Below, piece by piece: positions 1 through 7,551 of a stretch of DNA of 64,000 nt (within the stretch, counting starts at the first letter, position 1; each line of letters begins with the position of its first letter). The translations under genes and the position numbers were made by a program. The DNA comes from Polaromonas sp. (GTDB lineage: Bacteria; Pseudomonadota; Gammaproteobacteria; Burkholderiales; Burkholderiaceae_C). A model generated the notes under the pieces. It searched no databases and was not told where the DNA came from. It worked only from the letters and a program-made list of their open reading frames with translations. The stretch covers positions 29,385 to 93,384 of the forward strand of contig NZ_JBDTTH010000005.1 of the NCBI RefSeq assembly GCF_039930745.1, read 5' to 3'.

Positions 1-2
1 TG

Positions 3-713
3 GTCCGCCTGTCGGGCATGACGGATCGCCTGCCCGGACAGCTTTCGGGCGGGCAACAGCAGCGCGTTGCACTGGCGCGAGCACTGGTGTTCGAACCCCA
101 GCTGGTGCTGATGGACGAACCGCTGGGCGCACTTGACAAGCAGCTGCGTGAGCACATGCAGATTGAACTGAAGGAGTTGCACAAGCAACTGGGCGTGACG
201 TTTGTCTATGTCACCCACGACCAGGGCGAAGCGCTGACGATGAGCGACCGGGTAGCCGTTTTCAACGATGGTGCAATCCAGCAGCTGGCGCCGGTAGAGA
301 CACTGTATGAAACGCCCTCCAATCGTTTTGTTGCCGGTTTCGTCGGTGACAGCACGGTACTCAAAGGCAAGGGACATACGGCTGGCATTGAATTGCCGGG
401 TGGCCGTGTTCTGAACGGTATCAACGTCAATCAAGCCGCTGCCGGTGCGCAGGTCGAGGCCTACATCCGGCCGGAGCGCATTATGTTGCATCGCCAGGCG
501 CCGGCTTCATCGGTCGATGTTTTGCCGGCCCGCGTGGCGCGCATCATTTATTTCGGCGATCACTTGCGGCTGCTGTGTGATGTCGGTGCCGGCCAGGCAG
601 AAGCGACCGTCAAGCTGCCCCTGACGCTGTTGAATGGCCAGGCGCCGCCGCAACCGGGTGAGACCGTGCATCTGGAATTCCCAGCTGCGTTCACGCGGAT
701 CTACGCGGCGTAA
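3..713 (+). CDS. ABC transporter ATP-binding subunit, PotA-like (5' end lies before the window)
   Basis: Signature LSGGQQQRVALARAL, Walker B LVLMDEPLGALD, H-loop YVTHDQ and a TOBE-like C-terminus; frame is open back to the window edge. Confidence 0.9.
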   Translation, partial: VRLSGMTDRLPGQLSGGQQQRVALARALVFEPQLVLMDEPLGALDKQLREHMQIELKELHKQLGVTFVYVTHDQGEALTMSDRVAVFNDGAIQQLAPVETLYETPSNRFVAGFVGDSTVLKGKGHTAGIELPGGRVLNGINVNQAAAGAQVEAYIRPERIMLHRQAPASSVDVLPARVARIIYFGDHLRLLCDVGAGQAEATVKLPLTLLNGQAPPQPGETVHLEFPAAFTRIYAA

Positions 714-778
714 GCGCTTTCTCTCTCACCATTTTCAACGTCACCTTTACCTTTATCAACCACCGAGGAAATAGCACC

Positions 779-1807
779 ATGAAGAAAAACATCATCGCCA
801 TCACCGTGGCTTCGTGCCTGGCCTTACCTGCGCTTGCGCAGCAGCAGCTCACCGTCGTGAACTTCGGCGGCGCGAATGCCAACGCCCAGAAAAAGGCCTA
901 TTACGAGCCCTACGAAAAAATGGGTACCAAAATTGTTGCCGTGGAATACAACGGAGAGCAGGCCAAGATCAAGGCCATGGTCGAGACGAAAAAGATCACC
1001 TGGGATGTGGTCGAGGTCGAAGCACCCGACGTACAGCGCGGCTGCGACGAAGGCTTGTTTGAAAAAATCGATTTCAGCAAGATCGGCAACAAGGCCGACT
1101 TTCTGCCGGCCGCTGTGAAGGAATGCGGCGTCGGCGTTTTTGTATGGTCCACCGTGATGGCCTGGAACGCCGACAAAGTCAAAACCGCCCCCACCAGCTG
1201 GGCAGACTTCTGGGACGTCAAGAAGATCCCGGGCAAGCGCGGCATGCGCAAAGGCGCCCGCTACAACCTGGAATTCGCGCTGATGGCCGACGGCGTCAAA
1301 CCCGCCGACGTTTACAAAGTTTTGGGTACCAAGGACGGTGCCGACCGCGCATTTCGCAAGCTGACAGAGCTCAAGCCCAACATCCAGTGGTGGGAGGCTG
1401 GCGCCCAGCCCGCCCAGTTCCTTGTGGCCGGTGACGTCGCCCTCAGCACGGTCTACAACGGCCGCATTGACGCCGCCAACCGCGAGGGCCGCAACCTGAA
1501 GATCTACTGGCCCGGCGGCATTTATGACCTGGACTACTGGGTCATTCCCAAAGGCGCCCCCAACAAGGACGCATCGATGAAATTCATTGCCTTCGCCAGC
1601 CAGCCCGCTACGCAGGCTGTTTATGCCCAGAACATTGCCTATGGCCCGGTCAACAACAAGGCCCTGGCCAAGCTCGACAAAAAGGTATTGGATGATTTGC
1701 CAACGTCGCCAGCCAATGCGAAAGAGGCCATCCAGATGAATGTCGGCTTCTGGGCCGACCAGGGTGAGGCGCTTGAAAAACGCTTTGCCTCCTGGGCCAC
1801 GCAATAA
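779..1807 (+). CDS. ABC transporter periplasmic substrate-binding protein, PotD/PotF-like (polyamine/GABA)
   Basis: Signal peptide MKKNIIAITVASCLALPALA; PTSWADFWD and DYWVIPKGAPNK motifs; operon context. Confidence 0.88.
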   Translation: MKKNIIAITVASCLALPALAQQQLTVVNFGGANANAQKKAYYEPYEKMGTKIVAVEYNGEQAKIKAMVETKKITWDVVEVEAPDVQRGCDEGLFEKIDFSKIGNKADFLPAAVKECGVGVFVWSTVMAWNADKVKTAPTSWADFWDVKKIPGKRGMRKGARYNLEFALMADGVKPADVYKVLGTKDGADRAFRKLTELKPNIQWWEAGAQPAQFLVAGDVALSTVYNGRIDAANREGRNLKIYWPGGIYDLDYWVIPKGAPNKDASMKFIAFASQPATQAVYAQNIAYGPVNNKALAKLDKKVLDDLPTSPANAKEAIQMNVGFWADQGEALEKRFASWATQ

Positions 1808-1828
1808 GCCGACGGAGCAAGCACCCCC

Positions 1829-3082
1829 ATGAGCAGTACCACCAGCCAGGGCCGCCTTCAGGGCGGTGACGTCCTCGCATTGCGACGCGCGCTCTCGCGC
1901 GCGGATGCACGGCGAAAATGGCGCGCCTTTGCGCTTACCGTGCCCCTGCTGGTGTTTCTTCTGTTGACCCTGCTCATTCCGATTGCGGCCCTGCTGCAAC
2001 GCGCCGTTGAAAACCCGGAAGTGGTGGCCGCGCTGCCACGGACGGTGCAAAGCCTCAAGGACTGGAACGCCCAGACGCCACCCGCACCTGCAAGTTACTC
2101 GGCGCTGGTGGAGGACCTGAGCCACCTTCCCGACAGTTCAGATGCCGGCGCGCTGGCACGCCGCCTCAACTCTGAGGTGCCCGGTGCGCGCTCCCTCGTG
2201 ATGAGCACCTACCGCGCGCTGCCTGTCACGGGCTCGCCAGAGGAAATACAGGCCAGGCTGCTCGAGCTTGATCCGCGCTGGGGGGAGCTTGGTTTTTGGC
2301 AAGCCATCGCCAAAAACAGCTCCCGTTGGACACCCGACTACCTGCTGGCGTCGGTGGACCTGCAGCGCGACAGCCAAGGCAAGGTGGAGCGCATGCCGCC
2401 AGAGCAGCGGGCGTTCGGCGCCATCTTGCTGCGCACCTTCCAGATCAGTTTTGTGGTCACCATTTTTTGCCTGGCGCTGGGCTACCCCCTGGCCTGGTGG
2501 CTGGCTTCATTGCCGGCACGCAAGGCGAATCTTTTGATGATCCTGGTACTGGTGCCCTTCTGGACATCGATTCTGGTACGCGTGGCGGCCTGGATTGTGC
2601 TGCTGCAATCTGAAGGCTTGGTCAACCGGGGGCTGATGGGTATTGGCCTCATTGACAGCCCCCTGGCGCTGCTGTTCAACCGCGCCGGCGTGGTGATTGC
2701 CATGGTGCACATCCTGCTGCCTTTCATGATCTTGCCGCTTTACAGCGTGATGAAAAACGTGCCGGCGACTTACGTGCGGGCCGCCGTTTCATTGGGCAGC
2801 GCGCCGCTGGCCGCTTTTTTTCGGGTGTATGTACCGCAGACCTATCCCGGCATCAGCGCCGGCGCGCTGCTGGTTTTTATTCTCTCGATAGGTTATTACG
2901 TCACCCCCGCCCTGCTCGGTGGCGCTGATGACCAGATGCTGAGCTATTACATCGCCCGCTATACCAACGTCGAAGTCAATTGGGGCATGGCCTGTGCGCT
3001 GGGCGCCGTGCTGCTGGTGGCCACGATGATTCTTTACAGCGTTTACCGGCGCATCGGCAAGGCCGAGCTCAGCATTGGCTGA
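1829..3082 (+). CDS. ABC transporter permease, PotB-like
   Basis: Multiple TM segments; LVLVPFWTSILVR; EAA-like loop YVRAAVSLGSAP. Confidence 0.88.
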   Translation: MSSTTSQGRLQGGDVLALRRALSRADARRKWRAFALTVPLLVFLLLTLLIPIAALLQRAVENPEVVAALPRTVQSLKDWNAQTPPAPASYSALVEDLSHLPDSSDAGALARRLNSEVPGARSLVMSTYRALPVTGSPEEIQARLLELDPRWGELGFWQAIAKNSSRWTPDYLLASVDLQRDSQGKVERMPPEQRAFGAILLRTFQISFVVTIFCLALGYPLAWWLASLPARKANLLMILVLVPFWTSILVRVAAWIVLLQSEGLVNRGLMGIGLIDSPLALLFNRAGVVIAMVHILLPFMILPLYSVMKNVPATYVRAAVSLGSAPLAAFFRVYVPQTYPGISAGALLVFILSIGYYVTPALLGGADDQMLSYYIARYTNVEVNWGMACALGAVLLVATMILYSVYRRIGKAELSIG

Positions 3083-3122
3083 CATTTTTTTCTTCTTTTA
3101 CAGACGCAGACACCGGCTCACC

Positions 3123-3947
3123 ATGTTCAAAATCAAAGGCCCAGTCTTTCCCCGCTATGCCACTTTGGCAGACAAGGCCGGCTGGTGGCTGGTGCGCGCC
3201 GTCTGTGTTGCCATTCTGGTTTTCTTGCTGGCTCCCATCCTGGTGATGGTGCCACTGTCTTTTTCAGACAGCTCTTTTCTGACCTACCCCATCCCGGGCT
3301 GGTCAATGAAGTGGTACCACAACCTGCTGGATTCACCTGAATGGGCCCGGGCTGCCAAAAACAGCTTCATCGTGGCGCCTGCCGCAACCCTGATTGCCAC
3401 CGCACTGGGCACTTTGGCCGCCGTCGGCTTGTCCAGAGCCAACTTCCGGTTCAAGAGCCTCCTGATGGGCATTCTCATCGCGCCCATGGTGGTCCCCATC
3501 GTTGTGGTGGGTGTGGCCACCTATCTGTATTTCGCGCCGCTGGGTCTGGCCGACAGTTACTTCGGGCTGATTGTGGTGCACGCCGCCCTGGGTGCGCCTT
3601 TTGTGCTGACCACCGTGCTGGCGACGCTCGCCGGCTTCAACCACAACCTGGTGCGCGCGTCGCTCAGCCTCGGCGAAACACCGTTGCGCACGTTTTTCAG
3701 GATCACTCTGCCGGTCATCGCGCCGGGCGTGATCTCCGGCGCGCTGTTCGCGTTTGCCACGTCGTTTGATGAAGTGGTGGTCACGCTGTTCCTGGCAGGC
3801 GCGGAGCAAGCCACTTTGCCGAGGCAGATGTTCACAGGTATCCGGGAAAATATTTCACCCACGATCGCGGCCGTGGCCACATTGCTTATTCTGTTCACCA
3901 CAACGCTCCTGCTGCTGCTTGAATGGCTGCGCGGGCGCCGGCGCTGA
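3123..3947 (+). CDS. ABC transporter permease, PotC-like
   Basis: TM segments, LVRASLSLGETP loop and FATSFDEVVV. ATG at 3123 preferred over the ORF-track start 3075. Confidence 0.88.
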   Translation: MFKIKGPVFPRYATLADKAGWWLVRAVCVAILVFLLAPILVMVPLSFSDSSFLTYPIPGWSMKWYHNLLDSPEWARAAKNSFIVAPAATLIATALGTLAAVGLSRANFRFKSLLMGILIAPMVVPIVVVGVATYLYFAPLGLADSYFGLIVVHAALGAPFVLTTVLATLAGFNHNLVRASLSLGETPLRTFFRITLPVIAPGVISGALFAFATSFDEVVVTLFLAGAEQATLPRQMFTGIRENISPTIAAVATLLILFTTTLLLLLEWLRGRRR

Positions 3948-4079
3948 GCGCCCGCCCCTGCCCGGCACCCGGGAAGCAAGCGGCCACAAGACACCCTGGC
4001 CCGAAACCGGTCAAAATCAAGCCATCTCCCGGATACCCCACTCTTTTTCCAGATACCCCCCTTTTCCAGGACATTCCCC

Positions 4080-5558
4080 ATGGACATGAAAACCTCCCCC
4101 ATTTCCCTGCTCAAAGACCCCAGCCTGTTCAAAACCGACGCCCTGATCAACGGCCAGTGGGTCCAGGGCGCGGCCCGTTTTGACGTCAACGACCCCGCCA
4201 CCGGCCTCAAACTCGCCGACGTGGCCAACCTGGGCGCCCAGGAGGCCGAAACCGCCATAGCCGCCGCCAACGCCGCCTGGCCGGCCTGGCGCAGCAAGAC
4301 CGGCAAAGAGCGCCATGCGATTTTGCTCAAGTGGTACCAGCTCCTGATGGCCAATCAGGAAGACCTGGGCCGCATCATGACCGCCGAGCAGGGCAAGCCC
4401 TTTGCGGAAGCCAAAGGCGAAATCGCCTACGGCGCGAGTTTTGTCGAGTGGTTTGCCGAAGAAGCCAAACGCGTCAACGGCGAAACCCTGCCCCAGTTCG
4501 ACAACAACCGCCGCCTGATGGTCTTGAAGCAGCCCATCGGCGTGTGCGCCGCCATCACCCCCTGGAACTTCCCGTTGGCCATGATCACCCGCAAGGTCGC
4601 CCCAGCGCTGGCCGCCGGTTGCCCGGTGGTCATCAAGCCTGCCGAACTGACCCCGCTGACCGCCCTGGCCGCCGCCGAGCTGGCTGTACGCGCCGGCATT
4701 CCGGCCGGCGTGCTCAATGTGCTAACCGCCGACAGCGCCAACTCGATTGCTGTCGGCAAGGTGTTCTGCGCCAGCGATATCGTGCGCCACATCAGCTTTA
4801 CCGGCTCGACAGAAGTGGGCCGCATCCTGATGGCGCAAAGCGCGCCGTCCATCAAGAAGCTGGCGCTGGAGTTGGGCGGCAACGCCCCCTTCATCGTGTT
4901 TGACGACGCCGACATCGACTCGGCCGTCGAAGGGGCGATGGCCAGCAAGTACCGCAACGCCGGCCAGACCTGTGTCTGCGCCAACCGCATTTATGTGCAG
5001 GACGGCGTGTACGACCAGTTCGTCGAGAAATTCGCGGCCAAGGTCAAGCTGCTCAAGGTTGGCAATGGCTTTGAAGACGGCGTGGTTCAGGGCCCGCTGA
5101 TCGAAGACGCGGCCGTTGACAAGGTGCAGCGCCATGTGGACGACGCGCTGGCCAAAGGCGGCAAGCTGCTGGCCGGCGGCAAAAAGCTCAAAGGCCAGTT
5201 CTTCGAGCCCACCGTGATCTCGGAGGCCACCGGCGACATGTTGTGCGCCAAAGAAGAAACCTTTGGCCCGTTTGCGCCGGTGTTTCGCTTCAAGGATGAG
5301 CAGGAGGCGATTGACGCCGCCAACAACACCGAGTTCGGTCTGGCCAGCTACTTCTACAGCCGCGACATCGGCCGGATCTACCGCGTCGCCGAGGCGCTGG
5401 AATACGGTATGGTCGGCATCAACGCTGGCGTGATTGCCACCGAACACGTGCCTTTTGGTGGCGTCAAGCAGTCCGGCCTGGGCCGGGAAGGCTCCAGCCA
5501 TGGCATGGAAGAGTACCTCGAGATGAAATACCTTTGCATGGGAGACATACAGAAATGA
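4080..5558 (+). CDS. gabD: NAD(P)+-dependent succinate-semialdehyde dehydrogenase
   Basis: ITPWNFP, FTGSTEVG, LELGGNAP, catalytic NAGQTCVC, EETFGP, PFGGVKQSGLGREGS. Confidence 0.92.
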   Translation: MDMKTSPISLLKDPSLFKTDALINGQWVQGAARFDVNDPATGLKLADVANLGAQEAETAIAAANAAWPAWRSKTGKERHAILLKWYQLLMANQEDLGRIMTAEQGKPFAEAKGEIAYGASFVEWFAEEAKRVNGETLPQFDNNRRLMVLKQPIGVCAAITPWNFPLAMITRKVAPALAAGCPVVIKPAELTPLTALAAAELAVRAGIPAGVLNVLTADSANSIAVGKVFCASDIVRHISFTGSTEVGRILMAQSAPSIKKLALELGGNAPFIVFDDADIDSAVEGAMASKYRNAGQTCVCANRIYVQDGVYDQFVEKFAAKVKLLKVGNGFEDGVVQGPLIEDAAVDKVQRHVDDALAKGGKLLAGGKKLKGQFFEPTVISEATGDMLCAKEETFGPFAPVFRFKDEQEAIDAANNTEFGLASYFYSRDIGRIYRVAEALEYGMVGINAGVIATEHVPFGGVKQSGLGREGSSHGMEEYLEMKYLCMGDIQK

Positions 5559-6004
5559 ACCGCAGAACCCTCTTGCAAGCCGGCATCGTCGGTGCTGCTG
5601 CCTTATCCACTCCGTTTTTGATAGCTGCTCACGCCCAGGGGACGGGGGCTGCAGGCCAAAAACGTCACAAACTTGTGATCCAGGTCAGCGACAATGACCC
5701 GGCCAAGTGGAACTTGGCCCTCAACAATGCCAAAAATGTGCAGGAAGACGTGGGCGCCGCCAACGTGGACATCGCCATCGTCGCCTACGGGCCGGGCATT
5801 GGCATGCTCAAGCTGGACTCGCCCACTGGTGGGCGAATTGCCGACGCCATGAAAGCCAATGTGCGCGTTGTCGCCTGCGAAAACACCATGCGCGGCCAGA
5901 AGCTGGGCAAGGACGACATGTTGCCCGCCATCAGCTACGTGCCGGCCGGCGTAACTGAAATCATGAAAAAACAGCAGGACGGCTGGGCTTACCTCCGGCC
6001 CTGA
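5555..6004 (+). CDS. DsrE-family protein with Tat-type signal peptide
   Basis: MNRRTLLQ twin-arginine leader with AHA cleavage site; LALNNAKN, VAYGPGI, VVACENTM, VPAGVTEI motifs; ATGA overlap with gabD stop. Confidence 0.75.
   Translation: MNRRTLLQAGIVGAAALSTPFLIAAHAQGTGAAGQKRHKLVIQVSDNDPAKWNLALNNAKNVQEDVGAANVDIAIVAYGPGIGMLKLDSPTGGRIADAMKANVRVVACENTMRGQKLGKDDMLPAISYVPAGVTEIMKKQQDGWAYLRP
5608..5661 (+). repeat. In-frame copy of the dispersed palindromic repeat inside the DsrE gene
   Basis: ATAGCTGCT-CAC-GCCC-N9-GGGC-TGCA-GGCCAA has the same blocks and spacing as the intergenic copies at 26802 and 30342. Confidence 0.7.
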
Positions 6005-6060
6005 ACATCTGCGTCAAAAACCGAGCCACCCGGCTCGCCGTGGTTTTACAATCAGGTAAC

Positions 6061-6134
6061 GCGGGTGTAGTTCAATGGTAGAACTTTTGCTTCCCAAGCA
6101 AATAGCGTGGGTTCGATTCCCATCACCCGCTCCA
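6061..6134 (+). tRNA. tRNA-Gly (anticodon CCC)
   Basis: Acceptor GCGGGTG/CACCCGC, D stem GTTC/GAAC, anticodon arm TTTGC-TTCCCAA-GCAAA, T loop GTTCGATTC, U73 discriminator, encoded CCA. Confidence 0.96.
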
Positions 6135-6215
6135 CACATGGCTTGACGCCGATTGCAGCTCGACTCAATGCACACGCTGGTCCTGTGACAAGGAAATCAG
6201 CGGTTTTTGTTTTTG

Positions 6216-6273
6216 TGACAAGAATTTGAATAATCTTTATTATTCAATAAGTTAGCGTATTTCATTCTTGTCA
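6216..6273. promoter_or_regulatory. Inverted repeats upstream of the Fic gene (operator-like)
   Basis: TGACAAGAAT (6216-6225) / ATTCTTGTCA (6264-6273) flank the perfect palindrome TTGAATAAT-CTTT-ATTATTCAA (6226-6247). Confidence 0.45.
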
Positions 6274-6276
6274 ATC

Positions 6277-7428
6277 ATGCCAAAATCCACGCCCTCCGAG
6301 ATCGTTGCGCTGCTCATCACGGCTGGACCGGCAGGGCAGAGCCCCGAAGCGCTTGAGAAGCTACTGAGCCCTGTCAGCCGCTCAACGATCAACAGAAGAT
6401 TGGCTGAGCTGGTGAAAGCGGGCGCCATCAAGGCCGAAGGGGCCGGGCGCGCCACCCGCTATGTCTCAGCCTCACCATTCACACGCGCCGATATCGACGC
6501 GTACTTCAACATGCCATGGCAGCAACGTCCCGTGGCTTACTTCAAAGAAGAGCTCCTGGCGGCACTGCCCAACATCGATGCTGCCAAAGCACAACGCTGC
6601 GCGCAGATTCAGGCCATTGCCAACCCGATTGACAAGCGATACCTCTCGACTTTTCTAGTTGATTTTTCCTGGGGTTCGTCGGTGCTTGAAGGGGGCACCT
6701 ACTCTGCGCTGGATACCGAAGCGTTGATTCAATACGGGCAAAAAAACAAGGACAAACCGACGGCTGACGCCGTTCTTGTGCTCAACCACAAAAGAGCTGC
6801 CGAATATCTGTGGACGCACCGCGCACTTACCGTTGACAACGTCTGCGCCATGCATGCGCTGCTGACGGACGACCATGGGCTGGCAGAACTGGCGGACTCG
6901 GACCATTTTCTGCCCGCGCACCAAAGAGGCAGGCCCCGGGAGTTTGAAGACGTCACTCTGGGTGCGTCGGCCTACGTTCCACCGTTTCGGCCTGCCACGG
7001 CTTACATCGAAAAAGCGCTGGCGCAAATCATTACAAGCGCCAACACACTTCACCCCGTCCAGGCTGCGCTCTACCTGATGACGCGCATTCCCTACCTGCA
7101 AGCCTTTGCCAACGGCAACAAGCGCAGCTCACGGCTGGCTGCCAATGCCGCACTCATTTCGCACGGGCTCCTGCCCTTTTCTTTCGCAGACGTTGACAAA
7201 AATGATTACATCCGGGGGATTGCGGCGTTTTACGAGTTGGGCACCATACACATCGTCGAGCAAACTTTTATTCAGGGCTACGCGAAGTCCGTCGTACGCA
7301 GCAGCAACATCCCGGTCAGTATGCGAACGCTTGGCTTCAACGTGGAAGATGTGGCTCAGTCACTGGCTGACTTCATCAACACAGGCCGACAGCCCACCGA
7401 CAAGTATGCGCGGCTGTTTCTGACTTGA
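6277..7428 (+). CDS. Fic-family protein with N-terminal winged-helix/HTH, non-canonical Fic motif
   Basis: N-terminal VSRSTINRRLAELVKAGAIKAEGAGRATRY; FSWGSSVLEG; Fic motif YLQAFANGNKRSSR. ATG at 6277 (TTG at 6268 is an alternative). Confidence 0.82.
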   Translation: MPKSTPSEIVALLITAGPAGQSPEALEKLLSPVSRSTINRRLAELVKAGAIKAEGAGRATRYVSASPFTRADIDAYFNMPWQQRPVAYFKEELLAALPNIDAAKAQRCAQIQAIANPIDKRYLSTFLVDFSWGSSVLEGGTYSALDTEALIQYGQKNKDKPTADAVLVLNHKRAAEYLWTHRALTVDNVCAMHALLTDDHGLAELADSDHFLPAHQRGRPREFEDVTLGASAYVPPFRPATAYIEKALAQIITSANTLHPVQAALYLMTRIPYLQAFANGNKRSSRLAANAALISHGLLPFSFADVDKNDYIRGIAAFYELGTIHIVEQTFIQGYAKSVVRSSNIPVSMRTLGFNVEDVAQSLADFINTGRQPTDKYARLFLT

Positions 7429-7453
7429 CCGCAATGACTGCACTGGAGGCTCA

Positions 7454-7517
7454 TTCAATGGCAGAACGGCAGCTTCCCAAGCTTCATACGAGGGTTCGAT
7501 TCCCTTCACCCGCTCCA
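7454..7517 (+). pseudogene. 5'-truncated tRNA-Gly(CCC)-like copy
   Basis: 64 nt from the D arm to CCA, 51/64 identical to the tRNA at 6071-6134. The upstream TGGAGGC cannot pair with the 3' acceptor strand CACCCGC, and the anticodon stem has one mismatch. Confidence 0.8.
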
Positions 7518-7551
7518 AACGACAACGCCTACTCGCGAAACATCCCTGGGT

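Noticed and set aside
4029-4079. Imperfect tandem repeat (CCRGATACCCC...TTTT) before gabD
   Set aside because: Two to three short, degenerate, pyrimidine-rich units with no spacers; not CRISPR-like and no evident function.
6223-6250. dif/Xer-like site in the Fic promoter palindrome
   Set aside because: Only 6/11 match to the XerD arm; better explained as an operator.
7444-7517. A second functional tRNA-Gly
   Set aside because: The acceptor stem cannot form (2 of 7 pairs), so it is called a pseudogene.
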